From the NCBI RefSeq assembly GCF_963921235.1, contig NC_086097.1:79238001-79302000 (forward strand): a DNA stretch of 64,000 nucleotides, given 5' to 3'. The position numbers and the translations under genes were made by a program. The notes under the pieces were generated by a model. It was not told where the DNA came from. It saw only the letters and a list, made by a program, of their open reading frames with translations, and did no database searches. Shown here piece by piece: positions 1 through 12,600 of the stretch; the first letter of the stretch is position 1; the number at the start of each line of letters is the position of its first letter. The DNA is from Mobula hypostoma. Its lineage: Eukaryota.

Positions 1-461
1 TGCAACTGCATATAGCTAGGGTGCCCAAGGCTTTTACACAATACTATAGTAGTTTTATGTACTGCACTATGTTGCTGCCACGAAAAAAATTCACGACATA
101 TGTAAATGATAAAACCGATTCTGATATGGGTCTCTATTGTGGACTGAGAGTGGGAAGGGGGCAAGGAGAATAGAATCATGTTTGGGAAAAAGGGAAAGGA
201 GAGGGGAGGGAGTGGGAAGCACCAGAGAGACATTCGGTAATGATCAATAAATCAGTTTTTTGGAATCAAATGACCTTGACTGGTGTCTCAGGGCTGGATA
301 TGCCCCCATCGTCCCTGGCAATCCTCTGCCATCTGTCCCCCAGCACTCCACCCTCGCCATTCCCAACATCTTTTGCTACCGCCAGATTTACAAACTTGCT
401 CTCCACTCCATATTAACAAATTTCATGACATATGCCAATGATGTTAAATCTGATCTTGATT

Positions 462-517
462 CAGTACAATGCAAAAGTCTTAGCTAGTTAGGGTGCCTAT
501 GACTTTTGCAGAGTACT
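462..517. mobile_element. Tc1-like mini inverted-repeat element (TIR pair only)
   Basis: cagtacaatgcaaaagtcttag ... ctatgacttttgcagagtact; part of a similar copy lies at 13-48. Confidence 0.5.
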
Positions 518-740
518 TAAAGTACACAAGCAACACTGATAAGGAAGAATGACTGAGTGGAATACAACTGTGTAGTTTTAGATAATTTCAGCCTGGGTGA
601 AATTAAAGGCATAGAATGAAAGTGTGTGTGTGTTCGTTCATTCATTCTGTAACTATATAGCACATAAGCTACTGCTCCAGTATCGCAACTCTTGATCACT
701 ATTTTACAGGAAAGTGAAAGTCTACTGCATGTAGACTTCA

Positions 741-2514
741 TGTAGTTCTGGCAAACTAGCAACAGAGGAGCGGAAGGCAGTGTGGACAGGGCCAATGAAC
801 TTAACCTGTTCTTTAACAGATTTGACATTGTGGCCCCTGCCCATCCCCCACATGAACCATCTGTTGTCGGCCCCCAACCAACACATATTCCACTCTCCCC
901 TCCTACCCCTCCTCACAGTCCCCCACCCTGCTCTCATGACTATACCCCTTCCCCACACGAAATCACCACAGTGGGCTTCACAGCTGAACAGGTGAGAAGA
1001 CAGCTGAAACGTCTCAACCCAAGCAAAGCTGCAGGACTGGATGGTGTCAGTACCAGGGTGCTCAAAGCCTGTGCCCCTCAGCTCTGTGGAGTACTTCGCC
1101 ATGTATTCAACCTGAGCCTGAGGCTCCGGAGGGTTCCTGTACTGTGGAAGACGTCCTGCCTCATCCCTGTGCCGAAGACGCCGCGCCCCAGCGGCCTCAA
1201 TGACTACAGACCGGTGGCATTGACCTCCCACATCATGAAGACCCTGGAGAGACTTGTTCTGTAGCTGCTCCGGCCTATGGTCAGGCCACACTTAGATCCC
1301 CTCCAGTTCACCTACCAGCCTACTAGGAGTTGAGGATGCCATCGTCTTCCTGCTGATCTGTGTCTACGCCCACCCGGACAAGCCAGAGAGCACTGTGAGG
1401 GTCATGTTTTTTGACTTCTCCAGTGCATTCAACACCATCCACCCTGCTCTGCTGGGGGAGAAGCTGACAGCGATGCAGGTGGATGCTTCCCTGGTATCAT
1501 GGATTCTTGATTACCTGACTGGCAGACTACAGTACGTGTGCTTGCAACACTGTGTCCCCGACAGAGTGATCAGCAGCACTGGGGCTCCACAGGGGACTGT
1601 CTTGTCTCCCTTTCTCTTCACCATTTACACCTCGGACTTCAACTACTGCACAGAGTCTTGTCATCTTCAGAAGTTTTCGGATGACTCTGCCATAGTTGGA
1701 TGCATCAGCAAGGGAGATGAGGCTGAGTACAGGGCTACGGTAGGAAACTTCGTGTGAGCAGAATTATCTGCAGCTTAATGTGAAAAAGACTAAGGAGCTG
1801 GTGGTAGACCCGAGGAGAGCTAAGGTACCGGTGACCCCTGTTTCCATCCAGGGGGTCAGTGTGGACATGGTGGAGGATTACAAATACCTGGGGATATGAA
1901 TTGACAATAAACTGGTCTGGTCAAAGAACACTGAGGCTGTCTACAAGAAGGGTCAGAGCCGTCTCTATTTCCTGAGGAGACTGAGGTCCTTTAACATCTG
2001 CTGGACAATGCTGAGGATGTTCTACAAGTCTGTGGTGGCCAGTGCTATCATGTTTGCTGTTGTGTGCTGGGGCAGCAGGCACCAACAGAATCAACAAATT
2101 CATTCGTAAGGCCAGTGGTGTTGTGGGGATGGAACTGGACTCTCTCACGGTGGTGTCTGAAAAGAGGATGCTGTCTAAGTTGCATGCCATCTTGGTCAAT
2201 GTCTCCCATCCACTACATAATGTTCTGGGTGGGCACAGGAGTACATTCAGCTGGAGACTCATTCCACCGAGATGCAGCACAGAGCATCATAGGAAGTCAT
2301 TCCTGCCTGTGGCCATCAACCTTTACAACTCCTCCCTTGGAGGGCCAGACACCCTGAGCCAATAGGCTGGTCCTGGACTTATTTCATAATTTACTGGCAT
2401 AAATTACACATTACTATTTAACTATTTACAGTTCTATTACTATTTATTATTTATGGTGCAACTGTAATGAAAACCAATTTCCCCCGGGATCAATGAAGTT
2501 AGACTATGACTATG
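741..2514 (+). mobile_element. Rex1/Babar-type non-LTR retrotransposon, 5'-truncated, disrupted RT
   Basis: RT fragments LNDYRPVALTS, FFDFSSAFNTI, GAPQGTVLSP and KFSDD; stops and frameshifts; (GACTAT)n tail. Confidence 0.88.
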
Positions 2515-3244
2515 TACAAAGATTTATTTGCAATTCATTTTAAAAGAAAAACATTTGTAAAACCTATTTTGGGACATGTCAAGGATAGGGGGAAAAAACC
2601 AGGGATAAGAATTCAAGGAAAAGTGTTTTTAAGTACTGTCTCCAAAATTGTATTCAGATCCTAGCCAGTTTGCAAGCACCAAACTTGTATACAGCCTGTA
2701 CTCATGAATGTGTGATTGTGAGACCAGTGGGACGGACTTATCATCAAGTTCAGGCATCTACGGCCACGTGGGACTTGGTTTGCAGCTGCATTTTCTACTT
2801 ATAAACTGTTTGGGAAATGAACAGTTCACCAGAACAGAACCTTGTCATAATCTGGGCAGTACCTACAAGGTTTCAGGGATGCCTGCAGAATAAAGGACAT
2901 CTGTATTTTTTGGAATCCATATCAGAGATTTAAGCATTGTAGGCAATGCAAATAAGTTGCAAATTTGTAAAAAACTTTGAGCACTGCATGTGTAATATGA
3001 AAAAGTTGAATAATGTGTAAAACTGAGAAACTGCAGTCATTAGCTTCTCTTGGTCAAAATCCTCTACATTGCAATTAGAAAACATGGCCAGAAAAGTTAA
3101 TTCTGGAAGAGTAAGGCATCTGTAATGATTTGCAAATGCTCAGCTATCCAACTGCAAATAAGACTAAAGATCAGCTCAGTTGTGATGGACTGTTTTCACA
3201 ATATCCACAATTTTCCAGATATGTCAATCGAAGGGTGGAGATTA

Positions 3245-4024
3245 GTCAAGATGGCGCTAAACAGCAACTCCTTTGCTTGCATCTTCAGAAACAGTTCTAT
3301 TTCCATCGTTAATATCTCTACTTTTCCCTTTCAGGGTTCCTTTGAAGACCCTGACCTGGAGTTACACACCGACTTCAGTTCTTTGCGGAAATGGGACCTG
3401 CTCTCGGGGTGTCACGACCGGCCATTATCCGACATGCCAAGGGTTCGGCTCACCTTTGGAGGCCAAGGATCTCAGGGCTCCAGGGATGGGCAGATTGAAG
3501 TTCGGTGTCCAGGACCGGTGTGTCATAGGAGCTGGAAGATCTTTGGCTGTGTGCCCAGAGACCTGAGATCTTTGGGCACAAAGCTCAGAAAAAGCAACGC
3601 AATGGGCTTTTAACATCGTAAACCACTGAGTTGTTTGTTATGTCTCCCCTCTCGCTGTGAAACGGAGACATCTTTCTCCCTTATTGGGGGGGGGGGAGAG
3701 AGAGAGTGGTATGTCAAATACCAGGTGAATGTACGGTCTTTGGAGTACTGCAAATCTGGATCTTAGCTGTTGGTTTTGTTGAATGCTTTAGTGCTTGGTG
3801 GTGGGTGGCTATTTTTTGGGGGGGATGGGGGGAGGGGGATCGTTGCTTGCTGCTGCTTATGTGCGGGGGGGGAGCTGGGGGGTACTTTGGGGTTCTAATA
3901 TTAAACTGTCATTCATTCTTCGGGGCACTCCTCTGTTTTCATGGATGATTGCGAAGAAAAAGCATTTCAGGATGTATATTGTACACATTTCTCTGACATT
4001 AAAAGTACCTTTAAAACCTTTGAA
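3245..4024 (+). repeat. Unclassified ~780-bp interspersed retroposon-like element
   Basis: Starts AAGATGGCG and ends in a LINE-like tail (ctctgacattaaaagtacctttaaaacctttgaa); no recognisable protein. Confidence 0.45.
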
Positions 4025-4954
4025 TGGCATTTTGGGAAATTCATGCATTTTACTTTGTTTCGTTCAGTGAAGAACTGAGAGCAGGAGACTGTACATATTT
4101 AAACTTCAGTGCCCTGTTTGTACTTTCATCGCTAGCATTCTTTCTGAAGGATAAGCTACATTGACATTAGAAAGAATGGTTCACATTTAACATGCAGAAT
4201 CAAAGAACTTTACAGCACTCACAGCATTTGTTTTTGCAACAGCGCCCATCACAACTTTACTTTGAACAATTGAACAGTAATCTTATTAGAATGCTTTTTT
4301 CCCAAATTGCTGTTGCTCCTCTATTTCGAGATGCCTTTTTTCTCTTTCTTTAATTTAAACTGGTTTAATCTTTTTAAATCTTACTCTCCTAGTTTTCTGT
4401 GCAAGCAGAAACACTCCCAATACTTCAGTTTATCATCTCAAATATAAGAAAACAGTGGTCTAAAGGCTGGCAATTAGTGGTAATGTTGAATGATCGCTAA
4501 ATCTTTGAGAGGTCACTAATCAGATAAGAGGATGAATCAAAACCCTCTCAGCTGATCCAGAAAAACTCAAATATTCTCTGACATTACTTTGAAGAGCTTT
4601 TCTTTTATATTTAAAATAATTTTTCCACTCAAGGTTTATTCTTCAACAAATACCTAAAGCACAGTTACACTGCTACATCTATTCTATTATATCTGCTTAC
4701 ACTTTAAAAACTACTCCAATGATTGTAAAGAGGTTCAGGACATTGCAAGGCTGTGAAAGTACTGAATAAGCATACCCTTAATGGAAAAATGTCAGCTTGG
4801 ATTCTATGACATGTGGTCAAATGTTTCTCACCAAAATACGCACGTTAAAAGTGATCTGACACTGGTCTTGCAATGGAAGCAAAGTGCCCCACATCAGCTG
4901 ACTTCAGAGCATGAACTACTTTTTTTTAACTGAAGGTAACATCAGAAGTGATGA

Positions 4955-5082
4955 TGGAGAGAGCAGCCAGAGAACTGGAAATGAATACCAATGAATTGAT
5001 CCACTTGACCCAAAACAGGAGTGTGTGGGCCATGGCAGTCAAAGCTCAAACTGGGCATGGAACCTGATGATGATGATGATGA
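4955..5082 (+). repeat. Short LINE 3' end (RTE-like) with (GAT)n tail
   Basis: ctgggcatggaacctgatgatgatgatgatg terminus. Confidence 0.4.
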
Positions 5083-6173
5083 ACATCAGAATATCTATTC
5101 GTGTCGGTTTTGCTTGTGGCCACATTGACAGGGACCTCATGAAGTGAACCACAGCAAGTAATTAAATGCACCTAATCATCACCGTATACAATTTATCACG
5201 TAATGACAACTTTCCAACGACTTAATCTACATTCATATTACTACTCCCTATCACAAAGAGCAGCAAGAACTCTGGGTGATATTATTAAGTGTTAGCCAAA
5301 TATATACATTTCATCAGATGCTCTAATGCTACAGCATCAGAATTAGGGCATCCAGAGAATGCAATACTCTAGAGCTTTTTACTTCTCAATGACATTTTTA
5401 TGGGAAATTACAAAACAGCAATTGCCCTTAAAGAAGCCATCAACCTCAAATCTGCTTTTCCCTGCATAGATGCTGCTTAACAAGCCAAGATTTCCAAGGA
5501 TTTTCATTTTTCAAAACTGAAAGTACAGCCAATCTGCTCAATCTATCCCTTGAGCAGCAGAGACCTGGATTCGATCCCGACCTATGCTCCCCATGATTGG
5601 GGACCTGCTGTTAGGTTCATTGGCTATTGCAAGGAATCAAAAGGGAAAATTGGTGTGTTGCAATAGGGAGCTGGCTGCACGACTACAGGGAATAGAACAA
5701 TGTCAAATGGGACTAATAGGATTGCTCTGCCTGAATGGCCTCCATCGGTGCCGTGATATTTATGTTTATATACAACTCACTGACAGCTAACCAGACAAGT
5801 ACATCAAGCATTCACAGATGCAACCAATCAGCGTACTTTACTGCAAGAGGATACCTTACCATAACATGAAAATTCTGTACAATTTTGGCCTCTTTATAGA
5901 AAGCAGGCTCATGTGGAGAGATTTACCATACTGAGTCTTGGGAAGATCTGAAGTCTCCCGACAGCAAAATTAATCCAAATGAGTGACAAAGGGCAAAGGC
6001 TATATAAAAAACTCACAATCACAATGGAAAGTCAGTGTCAAAATAAGGCAAAGGATATCAATAAGAAGAATTCTTCATTCAAAGGGCAATGAACCTTTGT
6101 CAGTCTTTATGCTGGAGCACTAAGCTTCAATCAATTTCAGTTGAAATAGACACACATCAGATTTCATGATATT

Positions 6174-7935
6174 AAAGTGGGAGGTAGCGGGAGTGTTTAA
6201 AAGTGAGAAGATTGTGAAGGTCAGTCATTTCTTCGGCAGTTGAATGGGGCACGACTGCACAAGCGTGTAAAAGTCGGACCGTGAGGCAGCTGGAGTGTTT
6301 AAAAGCGAGCAGATTAACTGAGTGGGTGATGGAGTAGTGGGAGACAGAGTAGGAAGGCTTTGGCTCGAGAGGCTTCGGCGAGCAGAAGCTGAGGAAGAGC
6401 TTCACTCCAAGTGAGGCAAGGCTGGGTAAGTTCCTTTAATAAATTAATTACCTTAAGAGCAGGTAATGGAGGCAGCAGTTAGGGCAGTTGAGTGCTCTGT
6501 TTGCAGTATGTGGGAAGTCAGGGCAAGCACAATTGTCCCTGATGACTACACCTGTGAAAGGTGCATCCAGCTGCAGCTCCTGACAAACCGAGTTAGGGAA
6601 CTGGAGCTGGAGCTGGATGAACTTCGGATCATTCGGGAGGCAGAGGCAGAAATAAACCGGAGTTACAGGGAGATAGTCACCCCTAAGAGTCAGCAGACAG
6701 GTAGCTGGGTGACTGTCAGGAGAGGGAAGGGGAATAGACAGAATGAGCAGAGCACCCCTGTGGCCGTTCCCACCAATAAGTACATTGTTTTGGATACTGT
6801 TGATGGGGACGACCTATCAGGACAAGTTGCAGTGGTTGCGTCTCTGGCACCGAGACGGGACCCTCAGCTCAGAAGGGAAGGAGGGAAAAGAGGAGAGCAG
6901 TAGTGAAAGGGGATTCAATAGTAAGGGGGACAGATAAGAGGTTCTGTGGAAGAGATCGAGAATCCTGGATGGTCTGTTGCCTCCCTGGTGCCAATGTCCG
7001 TGATATCTCGGATCAAGTTCTCAGTATTCTCAAGAGGGAGGGTGAGCAGCCGGATGTCGTGGTCCATGTAGGGACCAATGACATGGTTAAGAAGAGTGAG
7101 GAGGTCCTGAAAGGCGAGTTTAGGGAGTTAGGCGCCAAGTTAAAGGACAGGACCTCCAGGATAGCAATCTCAGGATTGCTAACAGTGCCATGTGCAGGCG
7201 GGTTTAGAAATAGTAAGGTAGCGCAGATCAACACATGGCTGAAGACATGGTGCAGGAGGGAGGGCTTCAGATTTACAGATAATTGGGCAGTTTTCCAGGG
7301 AAGGTGGGACCTGTTCCGGCAGGACGGTTTACATCTGAACTGGAGGGGGACAAATATTCTTGCAGGCAGGTTTGCTAGAGAGGCTCTGGTGGATTTAAAC
7401 GAGATACGAGGGGGGAGGGGAACCAGAGTACAGGAACAGATGTAGGGGAGAAGGAAGAAAAAGAAAATAGTAAAGTTGCTTGCACCGTTAGTGATAAACA
7501 GAGAGTAAAAGGCGGAAAATATCTTAAATGCATTTATTTTAATGCGAGGAGCATTATAAGAAAGGTGGATGAGTTTAAGAGCATGGATTGATACCTGGAA
7601 GTATGATGTTGTAGCTATTAGTGAAACATGGTTGCAGAAGGGGTGTGATTGGCAACTAAATATTCCTGGATTTTGTTGCTTCAGGTGTGATAGAATCGGA
7701 GGGACAAGAGGGGGAGGTGTTGCATTGCTTGTCAGAGAAAATATTACAGTGGTGCTCTGGCAGGATAGATTAGAGAGTTCGTCTAGGGAGGCTATTTGGG
7801 TGGAATTGAGGAATGGGAAATGTGTAGTAACATTTATAAGGGTGTATTATAGACCACCTAATGGAGATCGAGAAGTGGAGGAGCAAATTTGTAAGGAGAT
7901 AGCAGATATTTGTAGTAAGCACAAGGTTGTCATCT
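6174..7935 (+). mobile_element. CR1 LINE 5' portion: 5' UTR, ORF1 (CxxC zinc motif, leucine zipper, SGNH esterase; frameshifted) and start of the ORF2 endonuclease; 3'-truncated
   Basis: ORFs 6466..6903 (CSVC..CERC), 6903..7445 (GDS, HVGTND, DGLH) and 7569..7952 (ISETW, YYRPP). Confidence 0.9.
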
Positions 7936-8535
7936 TGGTCAAGGGGCTTTAATACAGACTTGGAAAGATTAAAAAGGAATATACTGCAACAAGTCTGAAA
8001 ATACTTGGTTTAGCAGCCAAACTTGAAATTTTCATCCTATTCATTGCAAATTATGAAAACGTTACAATATATATTAACTGAAGGTAATGAGAATCAATGT
8101 TAAAGTCAATTGTACTTTTTTTCCTTTAAAAAAATGACGGCAAATCCATAAAATATAAATTAAGCGCGGGGCTCAAGAGTTCAGAAAGCCAGGTTCTCCT
8201 CTCAGGATTTGACAAAGATTCCAGGCCAGAATGACGCAATCTTTCAGCCGACGCTTCAACCACACGTGGGACACACCACGAAGAGTGTGGAAAGAAATGG
8301 TGAGGACGGAAGGGCACACAGCGGTGGGGAGACCACTGTTTCTTAAATGTGAAGAAGCCGTGAGCCACCAGCGGGATCCAGCGGAGATCGCACCTGGGCC
8401 TCCCAAGTTTTCAACTCCTAGACCTTCATTTTTGTTCAATGAGCGAATCCACAAGGCAGTTTAAAAATCCAAGTAAAATATTCAGATCGATGACAGGGTT
8501 GATTTAGGCTCCGCTCGAGACTGAAGGGTAAACGT

Positions 8536-8709
8536 AAACATAAGAGATTCCACAGATGCTGGAAAAACAGCAACAAAATGATGGAGAAACTCAGCGGGTC
8601 AGGCAGCATTTATGAAAACGGATAAACAGTTGATCGGAAACACTGACTGTTCTGTTTCAATTTCATAGATGCTGTCTGACCTAACGAGTTACTCCAGCAT
8701 TTTGAGTGT
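8536..8709. mobile_element. Penelope-derived palindromic mini-insert, centre deleted
   Basis: Inverted arms caaaatgatggagaaactcagcgggtcaggcagcat / atgctgtctgacctaacgagttactccagcattttg; imperfect 10-bp flanking repeat. Confidence 0.65.
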
Positions 8710-8825
8710 GGATAAACGTGCCAGAATTAGGCCACAGCCCCAGAGTTCGGTCCTCAGAGCCTTTACCCACGGCGTGCGAGGGTACGAACGACAGATCCCC
8801 CCGGCGCACTCCAGACCTCACCTAC

Positions 8826-8960
8826 CTGCGTGTAATCTCTCAGCAGCGCAACCGCCACCGCCCGCTGCACACGAACGCACGCCGAGAGAAGTGCTGTCCA
8901 AACCCGGCCTCCTGCACACCGCTTGCGCCCGGCTCCCAGGCCCCGAAGAAGTTTCCCGAG
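8826..8960 (-). other. Candidate non-coding first exon of the divergent gene, probably EIF2S1 by synteny (5' boundary unknown)
   Basis: cag|GTAGGT donor inside the CpG island. The vertebrate gene order PALS1-ATP6V1D-EIF2S1 is known. No EIF2S1 coding sequence is in the window. Confidence 0.35.
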
Positions 8961-9191
8961 CGCGCACCGCGCAGACGCGGGCAACGGCACCGGAAACCCC
9001 AGGTCAGATCCGGTTCTGCGGATCGAAGGGTAGAAACACGGCAGTACTCCCAAATTATGCCATAATCGCTCGGTGTGTGGAATTGCCCTTCTCACTCCCC
9101 GTCCTTTATTTCCACGATCGGTGTCCCAGTTCATCGTTGCCAGGTTGCTGGAGATCAGCTGCTCGGCTGAATTGCACAACGGCAGACGGCA

Positions 9192-9203
9192 GCCGCCATC
9201 TTG
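9192..9203 (-). promoter_or_regulatory. YY1 motif CAAGATGGCGGC
   Basis: Full consensus match inside the CpG island; its ATG opens only a 14-codon frame. Confidence 0.55.
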
Positions 9204-9369
9204 GTAATGGAGGGTCGCTCGCTATCGGCATCGACACACAGAAAGTGCAGTGAGAGCCCTGAGTGTTGGAACTAATCATCTAACAGCCCATGGACGCTAT
9301 TTACCTGTTTAAAAACCTTCGATCGAAAGCGTAGGGTGGCCTTGTCGGTGGGATCAGACGCTCCCGACC

Positions 9370-9379
9370 GTCACGTGAT
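9370..9379. promoter_or_regulatory. CLEAR-like E-box GTCACGTGAT (MiT/TFE or USF site)
   Basis: 9/10 match to GTCACGTGAC, about 200 bp upstream of a V-ATPase start codon. Confidence 0.6.
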
Positions 9380-9570
9380 TTTGGAACCAGCTGACCGCCG
9401 GAGGAGCGGATGCTACTGGAGCTGAAATTTGGCTCAAAACAACGAGGCGCTGCTCGCCCGGCCGAGCTTGCACTCCGGTGTCGTGACTTGCTGAAGGTCA
9501 TCGGTATTTCTTCAGCAGCGGCCGATTTTCTTGCGATCGCTTGTAGCTAGGTTGCTGTCAGAGAGCGAAC

Positions 9571-9611
9571 ATGTCGGGGAAGGAAAGGATTGAAGTCTTT
9601 CCATCGCGAAT
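9571..9611 (+). CDS. ATP6V1D: ATP6V1D coding exon 1 ([14 protein letters not shown])
   Basis: ATG at 9571 at the edge of the CpG island; donor GTGAGT at 9612. Confidence 0.95.
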
Positions 9612-12600
9612 GTGAGTTTCTTTTAAAGATACAGCCGTTTCCCGTTACCGTTCATTTTGATTATTATTACCGTCCAAATCTGGAATCAACGAGTTTCTAA
9701 AACTTGTACTGATTTGTAAAAAATTGACATCAATATCTTTATTTTCTATTACGGCATTGGCTTGTTCTGAGAGGCCACAACGTAAAGGCCTGTTTCTCAC
9801 TGAACCATTTGTCCACTTGCAAATAAAGGAGCTATTGGCGATTACAAGCAATGAAAGTTTTAGGAGCGATTGATCGTGGGAGGTTCTTAGAATCGATTGC
9901 TGTACAAGTGCCTAATTTAAACGATTTAATAGCTTGTAATGTTGGAATTTGATTTTGCCACTGGGTTATCATAATGCTGTTTTTTGGAGAGGACATCTAG
10001 CTAAATTGAAATTGTTTTTGTAAACACGAGAACTAATTACATTTTAAACAAAAAATTATTTCCACATGGCGCAATGCTTTGACTATTTACACAGAACAAA
10101 AATTAATCGTATGTTTGGATTAGTTTCAAAATTTTCAACAATTGTGAGCTAAAAGTGAGAACGATGCAGTATGGCACATAAATGAGATAATCTTGTCATC
10201 AATGCACCACACATCTTTTTCTGTTCAATTGCTTCACCAACTCTCCAGTAAAGGTGTTATTACTGTCTATGTGAGTTCTCCCTGAGACTGCATAGTGTGA
10301 ATTCTTCCCCCCAGAGATGGGCAGGTTCATACCTTAATTTCTCGCTAAAATCTGAGGGCAGTGATGGGAATTGAGGTGGGAGGGGGATGGAATTGTTCTG
10401 TGAGCAGCATAGATTTAATGAGTAGAATCCCCTCCTTCCATAATGCAGGGAAATATAGGGATAGTATTAGATTTTAGTTGAGTTGTACACAACAAAATGA
10501 ACACTTACTATCTCTACATTGGATCAAAATGTTGTGATCAGTCTTCAAGCATCTGCACTTGACAAAAATGATTCAAAAATCTGGCTATAATACTGTCTTT
10601 TCAAAATAAGTAAGGCATGCTAATGTGACTCAGTATTGTCCTTTCCTATGAACAAATGAAAAAGTAGCTATGTATAATGGGACTTGTGAAAGAAAAGCTT
10701 TGAAGAGTGACATATTAATTCCCACAGTCTGTAATATCGCTGTGATTTTATCTGCAGTTTCTTATTCTCCCCAAGATGTATCAATTAACTGCTAGAACAG
10801 ACTGCTACTTATTATCCTTGCCAAATATAAATAGACTCATAACATATATAATTTCCAAAATAAATAATTGGCAAGTTCCTTGGGAATGTGTAAAATATTT
10901 ATGTTTAAAACCTGGTGACTCTGGTGTTGTCTGTGACCTTTTTTATAATTAAAGACAGTTTTTGAAGTAAATATTTTCATATAAACAGTGTGCAGATTAG
11001 GAACTGGTTGGAGGGGGTTATAGTACCTGATTGTATTGGCAAACTAAATCAATCTTCATAGCTGAATAAGCTCAGTCTCTGGACATTTAATTTAGTGCAT
11101 CTGGTTGCTCAGCTGACATATTTATTATCCTTGTTAATTTAACTTAATATTGTATTTTTATCATGTTTATATGGACCTTCTTTGTTCTGAACTTATTTTG
11201 AAAGCCTTTGAAAGGTAGCCTGATTTATTTTTCAGGATCTAGGCATTGCTGGAAAGGCTAGTGGTTTTTATGCTTCCACAGTGACTTCTGAAATAAATAG
11301 CTTGCCAAGGCATTTCAGAGTTAGAAACATGGAAAACTTACAGCACAATACAGGCCCTTCGGCTCACAAAGCTGTGCTGAACATGTCCTTACCTTATAAC
11401 TACCTAGGCTTACCCATAGCCCTCTATTTTTCTGAGCTCCATGTATCCATCGAGGAGTCTCTTAAAAGACCCTATTGTTTCTGCCTCCACCACTGCCACT
11501 GGCAGCCCATTCCAGGCACCCACCACTCTCCGTGTAAAAAAAACAAACCACAAACAAACATACTGCTGACATCTCCTCTATACCTACTTCCAAGCACCTT
11601 AAAACTCTGCCCTCTCATGCTAGCCACTTCAGCTGTGGGAAAAAGCCTCTGACTATCCACACGATCAATGCCTCTTATTATCTTGTACACCTCTATCAGG
11701 TCACCTCTCATCCTCCGTTGCTCCAAGGAGAAAAGGCCGCGTTCACTCAACCTATTCTCATAAGGCATGCTCCCCAATCCAGGCAACATCTTTGTAAATC
11801 TCCCCTGCACCCCTATGGTTTCCTTGTCCTTCCTGTAGTGAGGTGACCAGAATTGAGCACAGTACTCTAAGTGGGGTCTGATCAGGGTCCTATATAGCTG
11901 CAACATTACCTCTCAGCTCTTAAACTCAATCCCACGATTGGTGAAGGCCAATGCACCGTATGCTTTCCTAACCACAGAATCAACCTGCGTAGCAGCTTTG
12001 AGTGTCCTATGGACTTGGACCCCAAGATCCCTCTGATTCTCCACACTGCCAAGAGTCTTACCATTAATGCTATATTCTGACGTCATATTTGACCTACCAA
12101 AATGAACCACTTCACACTTATCTGGATTGAACGCCATCTGCCACTTCTCAGCCCAGTTTTGCATCCTATCAATATCCTGCTGTAACCTCCTCTGACAATC
12201 CTTCACACTGTCCACAACACCCCCAACCTTTGTGTCATCAGCAAATTTACTAACCCATTCCTCCACTTCTTCATTCAGGTCATTTATAAAAATCACAAAG
12301 AGTAGGGGTCCCAGAACAGATCCCTGAGGTACACCACTGGTCACTGGCCTCCATGCAGAATACGACCAGTCTACAACCACTCTTTGCCTTCTGCGGACAA
12401 GCCATTTCTGGATCCACAAAGCAGTGTCCCCTTGGATTCCATGCCTCCTTACTTTCTCAATAAATCTTGCATGGGGTATCTTATCTAATAACTTGCTAAA
12501 ATCCATGTACACTACATTTATAACTCTACCTTCATCAATGTGTTTAGTTACATCCTCAAAAACTTCATTCAGGCTCGTAAAGCACAACCTGCTTTTGACA

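Larger units (their letters stand above)
8760..9620. promoter_or_regulatory. CpG island, probable bidirectional promoter (ATP6V1D and a divergent gene)
   Basis: Strong local CpG/GC enrichment directly upstream of the ATP6V1D ATG; minus-strand splice donors at 8825 and 9304. Confidence 0.85.

Noticed and set aside
2620..2885. Minus-strand acceptor-like site (ttattctgcag) as a possible EIF2S1 exon
   Set aside because: All three frames hit stops quickly and nothing resembles eIF2-alpha.
3125..3613. 162-aa ORF
   Set aside because: It runs from unique DNA into an interspersed repeat and has no recognisable motif or supported exon structure.
8669..9253. 194-aa ORF and overlapping ORFs in the CpG island
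   Set aside because: The ORF begins inside a Penelope-derived repeat, is Arg/Pro/Ala-rich with no recognisable domain, and long ORFs are expected by chance in GC-rich DNA.
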